A DNA stretch of 64,000 nt from Pseudomonadota bacterium (GCA_031416315.1 JANOTL010000098.1:1-64000); one strand, 5' to 3'; counted from the first letter of the stretch, positions 8,755 to 18,205 are shown. A program made the numbers and translations. Notes: generated by a model not told the origin, from the letters alone.

Positions 8755-9819
8755 ATGTGGACCCTCGCCAGAATTCTGATCGGCATCGTCTTCTTCTTCG
8801 TAAAGCTCCGTGATCGTCGCAAAACGGGCGTCTCGTTGCCTGACGGGAAGGGGGGAACCTACCTTCTCGACCTGAAAAAAAAGGGGCAAGAGAAGAAGAA
8901 GACCGAGGAAATGCACCTCGGCGCGCCCTTCGTCTCGGGGGCGGTCTTTTGGCTGCACCGGGAAGGAACGTTCGATCGCCTGCTCAAGGGCCTGGGACTC
9001 GCCGAGGAGATCCAGACCGGAGACGAATCCTTCGACCACAACGTCTACATCGTCTCGGACAATCCCGCGGTCGCGAGTTGTCTGAGAGAGAACGCGAAGC
9101 TACGACGCGTGATCGTCGCGACGATCGATCAGGGCTTCGACCTGATCCATGCAGACGGCCGCGCGCTCTGGATCCGGTCGAAGACCGTCCTAAAGCCGCG
9201 AAACGGCGATTTCGACAAGCTCTTCACGATGGTCGGTGCCTTCAAAGATCTGAAGCCGCAGAAGGACTCGACCGGCGTCTTGCTCCGTGTCGCCGTCGTC
9301 GAGATCGTCGTGGCGGTGACGGCCGGTTATGCGGCCAGCGTTGCGCTCGACTTCTTCGACGAAGACCCGACGCTCGTCTTCCCGGAGCTCGCCATCTTCG
9401 ACGGCATCGCTCTCTCGGTCGGTCTCTTCGTACTCCTATTCGGCTTCGCCATCCTGCTCCTCAGGCGGTCCTCGCGCGCGCGATGGGTGCTGGCCGAGAG
9501 CCTGCTCGTGCTCCTTCTGTCCGTGCTCGCCGCGGGTTTCGGTGCCGTCCGCGACCTCAACGCGACCTTCGATCGCAGCGACGCGATCGACGTCGAGCGG
9601 CCAGTCACCGACCGCCGGATCTTCCGGGGGCGAAAAGGTCGCAAGCGGTACTATCTGGGCTTCCCGTCCGCGAGCTATCAGGGCGAGGGCCTGCCGACCG
9701 AGCTCAAGGTCTCGCGCCGCGTTTACGACGACATGGAGAACGGCGGCAAGGTCACGTTTCGCATCAAAGAAGGCTCACTCGGTTACCCGTGGTACCAGAG
9801 GATCGAGACGAGTCGGTAA
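8755..9819 (+). CDS. Hypothetical membrane protein
   Basis: N-terminal hydrophobic segment, EIQTGD..FD...YI.SD motif, three further TM segments, C-terminal G.LG.PW. Confidence 0.7.
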   Translation: MWTLARILIGIVFFFVKLRDRRKTGVSLPDGKGGTYLLDLKKKGQEKKKTEEMHLGAPFVSGAVFWLHREGTFDRLLKGLGLAEEIQTGDESFDHNVYIVSDNPAVASCLRENAKLRRVIVATIDQGFDLIHADGRALWIRSKTVLKPRNGDFDKLFTMVGAFKDLKPQKDSTGVLLRVAVVEIVVAVTAGYAASVALDFFDEDPTLVFPELAIFDGIALSVGLFVLLFGFAILLLRRSSRARWVLAESLLVLLLSVLAAGFGAVRDLNATFDRSDAIDVERPVTDRRIFRGRKGRKRYYLGFPSASYQGEGLPTELKVSRRVYDDMENGGKVTFRIKEGSLGYPWYQRIETSR

Positions 9820-9900
9820 GAACCCTGCGTCGGTCCTTGCGGGGCGATGGGTATCGAGTTACTCAAAGGCATGGTGCCCAACTGCCGGGAGGAGCGCTCG

Positions 9901-10968
9901 ATGATCGGAATTCGGTCTCGTGTTGTGCAAATAATGTATGCCGTTCTAAGCGTGCTGGTTGTCTCGCAAGTCGCGACTGCAGGCGTGTACGAGCTTAAGT
10001 TTCCATCTCTCGGCCGGGGCCAGACTGCGGAAGCCTGCGGATCGCGTATCCAGGCTTTTGCTGAGCAGTTCGCGCGAGAAACTTTGGCTGTTGGCACGCC
10101 CGCAGAAATTCTCGGCGCTGCCTGCGTCCCATCGAGCATCGGTCGTGAGGGTTCGGACGGCCAGCTCACTTACGTGGCCGCAGAGCGCATCGCGACGGTG
10201 ACTTCAGATGTCGGAACGGCCTGGGGTACCGACGGTCACTACCGGTCGTGGGACTCCTGCCTTGAGGGGTTAATGGCCGAGCGGGCTCTGATGGAGCGGC
10301 TCGTGGGCCGCTCGCCGTTCGCGGCTTACTGCTACCAGTCAAACATCGCCTCATCGCCGCGGTTTCGCGCTCGACTCGACTCGATTGGGGCGAGAGACAT
10401 TGTAAAGCGCTCCGTGGACGCAAGCTGGCAGATGCCGCTTGTCGACCCGAGCGGCGTCAAACGAGGCATCCTAGCTCGCGCCGCCATGAACGGTCTTGAG
10501 GTTGTCGAGTTCAGTCTCGATCGTGACGGCATCGGATACCGCGCTACCGTTGACTATTATTCGGCTCAGGACCGCCTGCGCTATCTGCACGCCGAGAATG
10601 GACTGGAATGGCGATCCCTGGCTGACTGCGAAGCATCCTCAGCCGCGCTGGCATCCCGCTGGCCGGTGAGCGAGATGACGCCGATATTCTCGTGCTCCTC
10701 TGCGCGTGAGAACGAATTCTATCTGGTCTATTTATGGTTTTCGTCGGATCCGTTTGATGAGGATGACTTCGAGACCAAACTGATGCCGCAACTGTATCCG
10801 TCAGTGGCCGCTTGCGAGTCCGATGCTCGGCGTATCGAAGAAGCACTTATTCGCGGTGGGGAGCGAGTACTCGCTAGCCAATGCGGTTACGCTGATCGGC
10901 ATGCAGATATACGGTTGATGGTCTTCTTGGAAGTCAGCGCTTCAGCGCTACCTTCACCGCCGCCGTAA
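9901..10968 (+). CDS. Secreted Cys-repeat hypothetical protein with atypical codon usage
   Basis: GGAGGAG RBS before ATG 9901; signal peptide; repeated [YW]xSxxxC motifs. Confidence 0.65.
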   Translation: MIGIRSRVVQIMYAVLSVLVVSQVATAGVYELKFPSLGRGQTAEACGSRIQAFAEQFARETLAVGTPAEILGAACVPSSIGREGSDGQLTYVAAERIATVTSDVGTAWGTDGHYRSWDSCLEGLMAERALMERLVGRSPFAAYCYQSNIASSPRFRARLDSIGARDIVKRSVDASWQMPLVDPSGVKRGILARAAMNGLEVVEFSLDRDGIGYRATVDYYSAQDRLRYLHAENGLEWRSLADCEASSAALASRWPVSEMTPIFSCSSARENEFYLVYLWFSSDPFDEDDFETKLMPQLYPSVAACESDARRIEEALIRGGERVLASQCGYADRHADIRLMVFLEVSASALPSPPP

Positions 10969-11539
10969 GCGTCTTCCGCTTCACCTTCAGCCCGTCGAGC
11001 AAAGCATCGCAGCTCTTCTCGACCGATTCCGCGAACACCGGGTCTTTCAAGTAGACCAAATTCACGTCGACGTTGAAGCGCGAAGCGCGGATCGCCGCCG
11101 CGGCCAGCTCGACGGCGATGCCGGCGTCGCTAACGACGCTCGCTTTCGCCGTGGCGATCACCTCGCCGGCCTCGTCGATCAAGGTGTCGAGCTCGGCCAT
11201 CAAGGCGAGCGGCACGTCGGTGGCGGCGCGGAGCGCGAGGTCGAGGGCCGTGGACCGCGTAGCTTTCTCAAGGTCGGTGGCGCGCGGAAGCTTCATCGCG
11301 CTCATGACGGCGCCGAAGGCAACGCCGTCGCGATCCGCGAGGTCGACCAACTTTTGGCGGCGCGCGTCCAACGCAGAGAGGAGACGTGGGCTCGGCGATC
11401 CGGAGATGCGCGCCGTCATCGACAAGAGCGCCGCCGCCTGCGCCCCCGTGAGCGCCGCCGCCGCACCACCGCCTGGCGTCCCGGCCTCGGACGCGAGCTG
11501 CGCGAGGTAGTCCTCGAGCTTTAGGGTCACGAGGCTCAT
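10934..11539 (-). CDS. fchA: Cyclodeaminase/cyclohydrolase family protein (FchA-like methenyl-THF cyclohydrolase)
   Basis: MSLVTLKLEDYLAQLAS..GTPGGGAAAAL, D.D..AF, SD.G.A, NV..NL; ATGA overlap with the upstream dehydrogenase. Confidence 0.8.
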   Translation of the reverse strand: MSLVTLKLEDYLAQLASEAGTPGGGAAAALTGAQAAALLSMTARISGSPSPRLLSALDARRQKLVDLADRDGVAFGAVMSAMKLPRATDLEKATRSTALDLALRAATDVPLALMAELDTLIDEAGEVIATAKASVVSDAGIAVELAAAAIRASRFNVDVNLVYLKDPVFAESVEKSCDALLDGLKVKRKTLTAAVKVALKR

Positions 11540-12447
11540 GCGCGGCCCTTCCGGTGATAGTTCTCGTAGAGTCGCAGGGTGTTGCGCAAGGCCATCGCGA
11601 CCGTCATCGGGCCGACGCGCGGGACGAAGGTGCTCGCCTTCTCCAGAATCTCCGGCGCGAAGTTCTTCAAGGTCGAGAAGTTGATGCAGAGCGCGCCTGG
11701 ACGGATCTCCGCCGCCTGAACCAGGGGGAAAGAGCGGCTCGGGACGCCGGTGATGACGATGTCCGCCTGCGCCAAGGCCGCCTCGCGCGTGATCTTCGTG
11801 TCTTCCTCGAGGCCGTACTTGAACAGCAGGGGGCCGTCGACATCGAACGAATGCACGGTCGCGCCGTCGTTGGCGAGCATCGCGGCCAAGGGGCGGCCGA
11901 CGACCTCGCTGCGGTTGAATATGGTGATCGACTTCCCCTTCGGGGCGACACCGCCTGCGGCGATCAGCTTGATGACGGCGAGCGGCGTGCACGGGAGGAT
12001 CGACTTCTTCGCCGGGTCGCCGTCGACGTGGCGCTCGTTGTGGTAGAGCTTGCGCGCCCAGAACGAGTGCAGACCCTCGATGTCCTTGCGCGGGTCGACG
12101 AGGTCCTTGACGTAGCGGTCCCGCTCGACGGTGAAGATCGGGTAATAGACGATGATGCCGTGCACTTTCGGGTCGACGTTCGCCGCCTCGATGGCGCCTT
12201 CGATCTCGTGGCGGTTGACGTTGCGCATCTCGAAGCGGATGCCGACGTCGTCGCAGCCGATCTTCGTGTAGCTGGCATAAGTGAGGGACGGCGCCGAGTC
12301 GGTCGCGAGGAAGCCGACCAAAGTGAGAGGTTCGGGCAGCGCTTTGACGCGTACGGCGAGGTCGCGGCGAAACTCCTCCGCGATGAGGCTCGGGTCGATC
12401 ATACGGGCGGGGCTCAAAGCGACTCCCGATTCGAATTGCGTGCTCAC
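11536..12447 (-). CDS. folD: Methylenetetrahydrofolate dehydrogenase, FolD superfamily, Mtd1-like monofunctional type
   Basis: VHGIIVYYPIF, KDIEGL, SILPCTPLAVIK, NRSEVVGRPLAAMLANDGA, VGPMTVAM..RN. Confidence 0.9.
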   Translation of the reverse strand: MSTQFESGVALSPARMIDPSLIAEEFRRDLAVRVKALPEPLTLVGFLATDSAPSLTYASYTKIGCDDVGIRFEMRNVNRHEIEGAIEAANVDPKVHGIIVYYPIFTVERDRYVKDLVDPRKDIEGLHSFWARKLYHNERHVDGDPAKKSILPCTPLAVIKLIAAGGVAPKGKSITIFNRSEVVGRPLAAMLANDGATVHSFDVDGPLLFKYGLEEDTKITREAALAQADIVITGVPSRSFPLVQAAEIRPGALCINFSTLKNFAPEILEKASTFVPRVGPMTVAMALRNTLRLYENYHRKGRA

Positions 12448-12495
12448 GCGGGCTGTGCCAAGACCCGGAAGTCCATATCACGCGAGGTCTTCCCC

Positions 12496-13680
12496 TTGCT
12501 ACCGGTCGCAAGCACGATTGCCGAACGCGCCCAGGGGCTGACGCTGGAGCCCGCGGAGGCCGCGCGCTACAGCCGACACCTTCTCCTGCCGGAGGTGGGC
12601 GTCGAGGGCCAAAAACGGCTCAAAGCGGCGCGTATCGTCGTGATCGGCGCCGGCGGCCTGGGCTCGCCGGTGAGCCTCTACCTCGCCGCCGCGGGCGTCG
12701 GCACCCTGGGGCTCGTCGATTTCGACGTGGTCGACACGTCGAATCTTCAGCGGCAGGTCCTCTACTCGGATCGCGACGCGGGCCGGCCGAAGCTCGAAGC
12801 GGCGAAAGAGCGGCTGTCCGCGCTGTCTCCGCGCACGACCTTCAACCTGCATGCGGAGCGTCTCGACGCCACGAACGTCGAGCGCATCCTCGCGCCGTAC
12901 GACATCGTCGTCGACGGCACCGATAATTTCGCGACGCGCTTTCTCGTCAACGACGCCTGCGTCTTCCTCGGCAAGCCCAACGTCTACGGCTCGATCTTCC
13001 GTTTCGACGGCCAGGCCTCCCTCTTTTATGCGCCGCACGGGCCCTGCTACCGTTGCCTCTTCCCAGCGCCGCCGCCGCCCGGGCAAGTTCCGAGCTGCGC
13101 CGAAGGCGGCGTGCTCGGCGTCCTGCCGGCGCAGATCGGGGCGCTGCAGGCGACCGAAGCGCTGAAACTGGCGCTGGGCATCGGCACGCCCTTGATGGGG
13201 CGGCTCGTGACCTACGACGCCTTGGATCTGGGCTTCCAGGAGCTCCGCTTCGGCAAAGACCCCGATTGCCCGGTGTGCGGGGCGCACCCTTCGATCACGA
13301 CCGTCCAGGAGTCCGCCGTCAGCTGCGCTCTACCTCAGGCGGCGCCGGCCGTGCCGGAGATTCTGGTCGCGGACCTGGCGCGGCGGCTCCGTCAAGGTGA
13401 AAAGCTGACGCTCGTCGACGTGCGCGCGGCGGCCGAAGCGGCGATCTGCCGGATTCCGGCGGCGAGCCTCCTCCCCCTGCCCGAGCTGGAGCGCGGGGCG
13501 CTCGGATTTCTGGAAACTTTGCCTCGGGACACGATGATCGTCCTCCACTGCAAGAGCGGCGCGCGCAGCGCCCGAGCGCAAGCTCTCCTGGCGCAGCGCG
13601 GCTTTACGGGCGCCGTCAGCCTCGCGGGCGGCATCCTTGCCTGGATCGAGGCCGAAGCTCCTCATCTGACGCGCTATTGA
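12496..13680 (+). CDS. moeB: Molybdopterin-synthase adenylyltransferase MoeB/MoeZ with C-terminal rhodanese domain
   Basis: RYSRHLLL, GAGGLGSP, SNLQRQ, DGTDNF.TR, CYRC, SCAEGGVLG, CPVC, rhodanese loop HCKSGARS. TTG start at 12496 inferred from a GAGG RBS. Confidence 0.92.
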   Translation: MLPVASTIAERAQGLTLEPAEAARYSRHLLLPEVGVEGQKRLKAARIVVIGAGGLGSPVSLYLAAAGVGTLGLVDFDVVDTSNLQRQVLYSDRDAGRPKLEAAKERLSALSPRTTFNLHAERLDATNVERILAPYDIVVDGTDNFATRFLVNDACVFLGKPNVYGSIFRFDGQASLFYAPHGPCYRCLFPAPPPPGQVPSCAEGGVLGVLPAQIGALQATEALKLALGIGTPLMGRLVTYDALDLGFQELRFGKDPDCPVCGAHPSITTVQESAVSCALPQAAPAVPEILVADLARRLRQGEKLTLVDVRAAAEAAICRIPAASLLPLPELERGALGFLETLPRDTMIVLHCKSGARSARAQALLAQRGFTGAVSLAGGILAWIEAEAPHLTRY

Positions 13681-13741
13681 TTCCGCCAAACCCTCGTAAT
13701 ATTAAGGATTCACGCCCCCACGCGGATCCTTCGGAGACACC

Positions 13742-14359
13742 ATGGCTCACGCTCTACGCCTCGCCCTCCTGCTTTGCTTTTGCTCGGCCTGCGTCAGCAC
13801 GCCGAAACCGGGCGAAGAGGAAGCCTTGCCGATGGTGTTCGAGGATCCGAGCGCCGACGACGACGGCAAGGACGCGCCGCAATTCTGCAACGAGACCGGT
13901 AAGAAAGGCGACGAGCTCGCCAAGTGCCGCGAGCAGAACCGCTCGATCGGCGCGGCCTACGAGGAGGACGCGAAGAAGCGCGAGCCTTGGTACGCCTTCC
14001 CGGCGGCGAGCTGGGCGTCGGCACCCGAGGTGCCGGAGGACCGCGTCGTCCCGGTGAAGAAGGAGCGCGAGGCGGTCGCGAAGCTCGACCAGGCGGCGTT
14101 TGCGCCGCTTTCGACCACCGAGCTCGAGTTTTATACCGGCGGCCGCGCCGTGCCCGCGGGCCTGCAGCCCTTCCTCGTGCGCGGCCTCTTGTTTTACCGG
14201 CAGACCGGCGCGTTTCGGGTCTTTCAAAACGACGGCGCCATCTTCGTGAAGCACGATTCCCTCGGCCACGACGCCACCTCCGAGACGCGCTCCGCGGTCG
14301 TCGTCTTCCTCCCCCAAGCCCCCAAGCACGTTTACGTCGATTGCTCGCTCATCGAATGA
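13742..14359 (+). CDS. Hypothetical lipoprotein
   Basis: GGAG RBS; lipobox CSAC. Confidence 0.7.
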   Translation: MAHALRLALLLCFCSACVSTPKPGEEEALPMVFEDPSADDDGKDAPQFCNETGKKGDELAKCREQNRSIGAAYEEDAKKREPWYAFPAASWASAPEVPEDRVVPVKKEREAVAKLDQAAFAPLSTTELEFYTGGRAVPAGLQPFLVRGLLFYRQTGAFRVFQNDGAIFVKHDSLGHDATSETRSAVVVFLPQAPKHVYVDCSLIE

Positions 14360-14367
14360 GGTTTCCC

Positions 14368-14802
14368 ATGCAAGGTCTCGCCCTCGCCCTCCTGTCCTTC
14401 GCGCTCGGCTCGACCGCGCTCTTCGGCGCCGACAAGGCCGCCGTCGAGGCGATGTCCGGCAAGGTCGCCAAAGGCGAAGCCATCCTGATCGACGTGCGCG
14501 AGATGGACGAGATCAAAGACGGCATGGCCGCGCCGGCGATCTGGCTGTCCACGAGCGAGATCAAGGGCAAGGGCTCGCGCTACGCCGAGATCATGAAGGG
14601 CCTGCCGAAAGATAAACAAATTTATGTTTATTGCGCCAGCGGCGGTCGCTCGGGCCGCTTCGTCGAGCAGCTGAAAGAGCAAGGCTACAAGGCGGAGAAC
14701 TTGGGCGGCTTCGCCGACTGGCGGGACGCCGGCAAGTCCGTGACGCCCGTGCCGGACGCCGGGGACAAGGCCTGCCCCTTCCTCTGCAAGCCCAAAGGCT
14801 GA
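14368..14802 (+). CDS. Exported rhodanese-like (PspE-type) protein
   Basis: Signal peptide; LIDVRE..E, YCASGGRS, NLGGF..W. Confidence 0.85.
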   Translation: MQGLALALLSFALGSTALFGADKAAVEAMSGKVAKGEAILIDVREMDEIKDGMAAPAIWLSTSEIKGKGSRYAEIMKGLPKDKQIYVYCASGGRSGRFVEQLKEQGYKAENLGGFADWRDAGKSVTPVPDAGDKACPFLCKPKG

Positions 14803-14854
14803 CAGGCTTTTTGGCGGCTCTGTCGTTTCGCGGCCGGCATGATAAAATAGGCGC

Positions 14855-17482
14855 ATGCCTGCCAAAGCTTGCCGCGTTCGCACCGCCTTCGCGCTGCTCA
14901 TCGCCGCCCTGATCCCCATCGTCTCCGGTTGCAAGCTCCTCGACAAAGACGACGACGAGTCGACCAAGACGACGTCGCCCAGTCCTGGTCCTGGGCCAGG
15001 CCCCGGCGCGCCCACGGGCTCCGGCTCGGGCGTCGTCCCCGGTCCCGGCGGCGTGATCCCGAATGGCCCCGGCAGTCAGGCCGTGCTTCTGCGCGACGCG
15101 ACCTATGCGATCCAGGTCACGATTGCGGCGGCGGGCGACGGCACCGAGCCGATCGACCCGACGCCGACGTACGAGACGGTGCGCGACACTCTGAAAAACC
15201 ACTGCGTCTCCTGCCACGGCGAGACCAATGCCTACGATCTGACGAAGTGGCCGGTGAAGTCGCGGTTTCCGACCCCGGCCGACGCCGTGCGGGAGCTTCT
15301 TCTGCGGGTCCAAGATCAAGCACGGCCGATGCCGCCCGTCGGCAACCCGCGGCTCGCGCCCGCCGAGATCCAAACGCTGCAAGCCTGGCTCGACGGCGGC
15401 CTGAAGGAAAAGCCCGCCGTGCCGCCGGTGACCGCGCCCGACCGCTGGGCGGACACCGTCACCTTCAGGCTGAGATGGCGCGGGACGGCGGCGAACGCCG
15501 CGACCGCGGAGCAGGAGGCGAGCTATCCCTGGAACGGCAGCGGCCAGTTCGGCGGCATGCTCGCCAACGTCCCGGTCGGCGGCACGCTGCAAGCCCGCCT
15601 CGTCGCGGTCGGCGAGGACGGAACCGAGATCGCGAGCCGCGCCTACGAGAGCCTGCCGATCGGAGCGACCGGCGACTACCGCTTCTCGGTGACCGTCAAA
15701 GACCGCGACATCCGCTTGCACGTCGTCGATCGCGCGCCGCCCAGCCCTGGCGAGGGCGGTGTCGTCTCCGCCTCCGCCGTCGAGGAAAACCAGCTGAAGC
15801 TCGCCTGGGCGAAAGCCACCGACGAGCTCACCGCGTCCGGCGAGCTGAGCTACGCCGTCTACCTCGGCGACGAGACCACCGACTTCACCGACGCGGCGCG
15901 CGTCGTCGCCAACGGCCGCAAGGCGATGGAGTTCGGCGCCAACCTCACCGGCGCGACGATCTCCGGCCTGGTCGCCGGCAAGAAATACCAATTCGCCGTC
16001 GTCGTTCGCGACCTGGCCGGCAACGTCTCGGTCTACACGGTGCTGCGGCAGCAAACGGCCCTCGACCGCATCCCGCCCGGAATCCCGACGGCGACGCTCG
16101 GCAAAGTCGGGCTCACCGAGCAGAAGGTGACGCTGACCTGGACTGCCGCCGTCGACAACATGACGCCGGCCGACAAGTTGGTCTACCGCGTGTTCTACTC
16201 GGATGCCGACGACATCAAGACCGTGGAGACGCTCTTCGCCGCCGGCACGGAGGTCGGCCGCGCGAAGCCCGGCGAGATGAAGCTCGACGTCACGGGCATG
16301 AACCCGTCGTCGCCTTATTTCTTCAACGTGCTCGTCGAGGACCTCGAGGGCAACCGTGCGGTCTACAAGACGCTGCGCATCGCCACGCCGGTCCAGTTCG
16401 GCTCGGTGACCGCGACGGCGCACGCGCAGCATTGCGCCGAGCGCCTGGGCGCAATCCGTCCCTTCAGCTGCTTCGACGGCGAGATCATGCCGATCAAGGT
16501 GAACGGCGCCGAGATCCAGCCTTACCTCTCTCAGCAGCAGGCCGCGGCCTACGACTTCGGCACCGGGACGAGCCAGCTCCGTTGCGACAAGCCGGCCTTG
16601 CTCGGCTTAGGCAATCAAGGGCACTGCATTCCGTACGCGCGCGTCGGTCGCCTGAAAACTTACCGCGAAGACGGTAGCGAGCATCCCGACGTGGACACTG
16701 TCTTCACCTGCCGTCGCTACGTCGCGCGCCTCGGACAGTCGACGTACGCGGGCCAAGTTTTCGACGGCAGCGAGCATCCGCTCTTTGAGGACATCGCCGT
16801 CATCCAGCACAACCGCGTCAGCGGCGAGACCTGCTTCTTCCAGATGCTGAAGCCCGGCGCGGCGCCGATCGACGGCCGTCGCATCCCGCCGCCGACCGAA
16901 GTGGCCCTACCGCCCGGCGGTCCTTCGTATGCGGTGCCCGCCGCCAGCTTCTGGCTCGGGCCCGACGACACCGCGGCGAAAGGCTGCAACAAGTGCCACG
17001 ACTCCGACCCTTGGATGCACAGCCCTTACATCGACCAGGTCCGCGGCCCGGACGGTGGGCCGATCGTCCCAGCGGGAGCGTTCGGCAGCGGGCGCGGCGG
17101 CAAATACAGCGTCATCGGGCGGCGCGGCTTCTACAACTGGGAGCGCTCGAAAGCGATTTCCAGCACGGTCACGACCGACACCGAGGGCAAGAGCTGCACG
17201 CAGTGCCACAACGTCGGCAACATCAACAGCTGCGCGCAGTGGTCGCAGCAGTCGGCGGGTACGGTCTACGGCCCGAACCTGACGACGACGGGCGCCAACG
17301 ATTTCCATCATCGTTACTGGATGCCACCGGCGGAAGCCGCGCTGCAGAACTACAACGGCTGGGCGAACGCGGGCTGGAAGCGCGCGGCCGAGCGTCTCCA
17401 GGCGTGCTGCACGAATCCCGCGGCAGCTGGCTGCGCCTCGACGCCGATCATGACGCAGCCGCCGCCTTACGCGGCGCAGTGA
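14855..17482 (+). CDS. Tri-heme c-type cytochrome lipoprotein with two fibronectin-III domains
   Basis: Lipobox VSGC; heme motifs CVSCH, CNKCH, CTQCH; Fn3 signatures L.W..A.D...L.Y.V.Y and L....Y.F.V.V.D..GN, each present twice. Confidence 0.85.
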   Translation: MPAKACRVRTAFALLIAALIPIVSGCKLLDKDDDESTKTTSPSPGPGPGPGAPTGSGSGVVPGPGGVIPNGPGSQAVLLRDATYAIQVTIAAAGDGTEPIDPTPTYETVRDTLKNHCVSCHGETNAYDLTKWPVKSRFPTPADAVRELLLRVQDQARPMPPVGNPRLAPAEIQTLQAWLDGGLKEKPAVPPVTAPDRWADTVTFRLRWRGTAANAATAEQEASYPWNGSGQFGGMLANVPVGGTLQARLVAVGEDGTEIASRAYESLPIGATGDYRFSVTVKDRDIRLHVVDRAPPSPGEGGVVSASAVEENQLKLAWAKATDELTASGELSYAVYLGDETTDFTDAARVVANGRKAMEFGANLTGATISGLVAGKKYQFAVVVRDLAGNVSVYTVLRQQTALDRIPPGIPTATLGKVGLTEQKVTLTWTAAVDNMTPADKLVYRVFYSDADDIKTVETLFAAGTEVGRAKPGEMKLDVTGMNPSSPYFFNVLVEDLEGNRAVYKTLRIATPVQFGSVTATAHAQHCAERLGAIRPFSCFDGEIMPIKVNGAEIQPYLSQQQAAAYDFGTGTSQLRCDKPALLGLGNQGHCIPYARVGRLKTYREDGSEHPDVDTVFTCRRYVARLGQSTYAGQVFDGSEHPLFEDIAVIQHNRVSGETCFFQMLKPGAAPIDGRRIPPPTEVALPPGGPSYAVPAASFWLGPDDTAAKGCNKCHDSDPWMHSPYIDQVRGPDGGPIVPAGAFGSGRGGKYSVIGRRGFYNWERSKAISSTVTTDTEGKSCTQCHNVGNINSCAQWSQQSAGTVYGPNLTTTGANDFHHRYWMPPAEAALQNYNGWANAGWKRAAERLQACCTNPAAAGCASTPIMTQPPPYAAQ

Positions 17483-17521
17483 GCCGAGCCGTCGCGGCAG
17501 ACCGCGCATCTCGCGCCTTAG

Positions 17522-18148
17522 TTACTTCTTGCACTTCCGCATGTTGACGCCAGCCTGAAGGCCAACGGCCCCGTCGGCTGAATCGACCGCAACGTAAGCT
17601 TGGGCCTTCTTCTTCGCCGCCGTGATCACGTACGAAGCGAGATGCAGATCGAATTCGCCGCCACAGGGCGACCACTGGTGCTTTTCCTTGCCGCCGGGAA
17701 CGTCGCGCCGGAAGAAGTCGAGCTCCTGCTCGCCGACGATCCGCGTCGGCTTGCTTTGCCCGAGGCTCGCAAAGCCTTTGCCGGACAAGAGGAACCAAGA
17801 CTGGATCTGGGCGCTCGCGCCCTGGGAGACGTTGGCGAAGCCGCGGTAGTCGACCGATTCCATCTTGATCTGATAGCCGTCGGGCACCGTCACGGGGATC
17901 TTGATGAAGCAGAACTTGGTGGCATCACCTTTCGTCGAGCCGGCGCCGGCGCTGGCGACGTAAGAGTCGAAGAGGACGGTAAACGCGCTCTCGGTCGGGC
18001 TGAAGGCGATCGTGCCCTGCGCGCAACCGGTGCCGGAGGACTCCGGCGTGCCGAACGGGATGAAACCAGGCAGAGTCTCGGCTTGCGCCGCGCCGCTCAA
18101 TCCCACCGCCATCGTCACCGCCGCCAAGAGGAACTTCAAGACCCGCAT
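17522..18148 (-). CDS. DUF4360 domain secreted protein
   Basis: Signal peptide; GTGC..G, FTVLFD.YVA, K.C.I...VP.GYQ....VDYRG, WSPCG. Confidence 0.85.
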   Translation of the reverse strand: MRVLKFLLAAVTMAVGLSGAAQAETLPGFIPFGTPESSGTGCAQGTIAFSPTESAFTVLFDSYVASAGAGSTKGDATKFCFIKIPVTVPDGYQIKMESVDYRGFANVSQGASAQIQSWFLLSGKGFASLGQSKPTRIVGEQELDFFRRDVPGGKEKHQWSPCGGEFDLHLASYVITAAKKKAQAYVAVDSADGAVGLQAGVNMRKCKK

Positions 18149-18189
18149 CGTTTTTGCTCCCGCCGCGCGTTCTGCGCCGACGTTCGTAG

Positions 18190-18205
18190 AGCAAGGGGCG
18201 GGCCC
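18190..18205 (-). promoter_or_regulatory. Putative sigma54 -24/-12 promoter of the DUF4360 gene
   Basis: Minus strand GGGCCCGCCCCTTGCT against consensus TGGCACG-N4-TTGCW, with correct GG/GC spacing. Confidence 0.45.

Noticed and set aside
11554..12495. 708-aa ORF suggesting a long N-terminal extension of MoeB
   Set aside because: The extension is the antisense shadow of folD; MoeB similarity begins near 12560.
11540..12511. 525-aa ORF suggesting a long FchA fusion
   Set aside because: The upstream part is an off-frame overlap with folD; the real start is ATG 11539.
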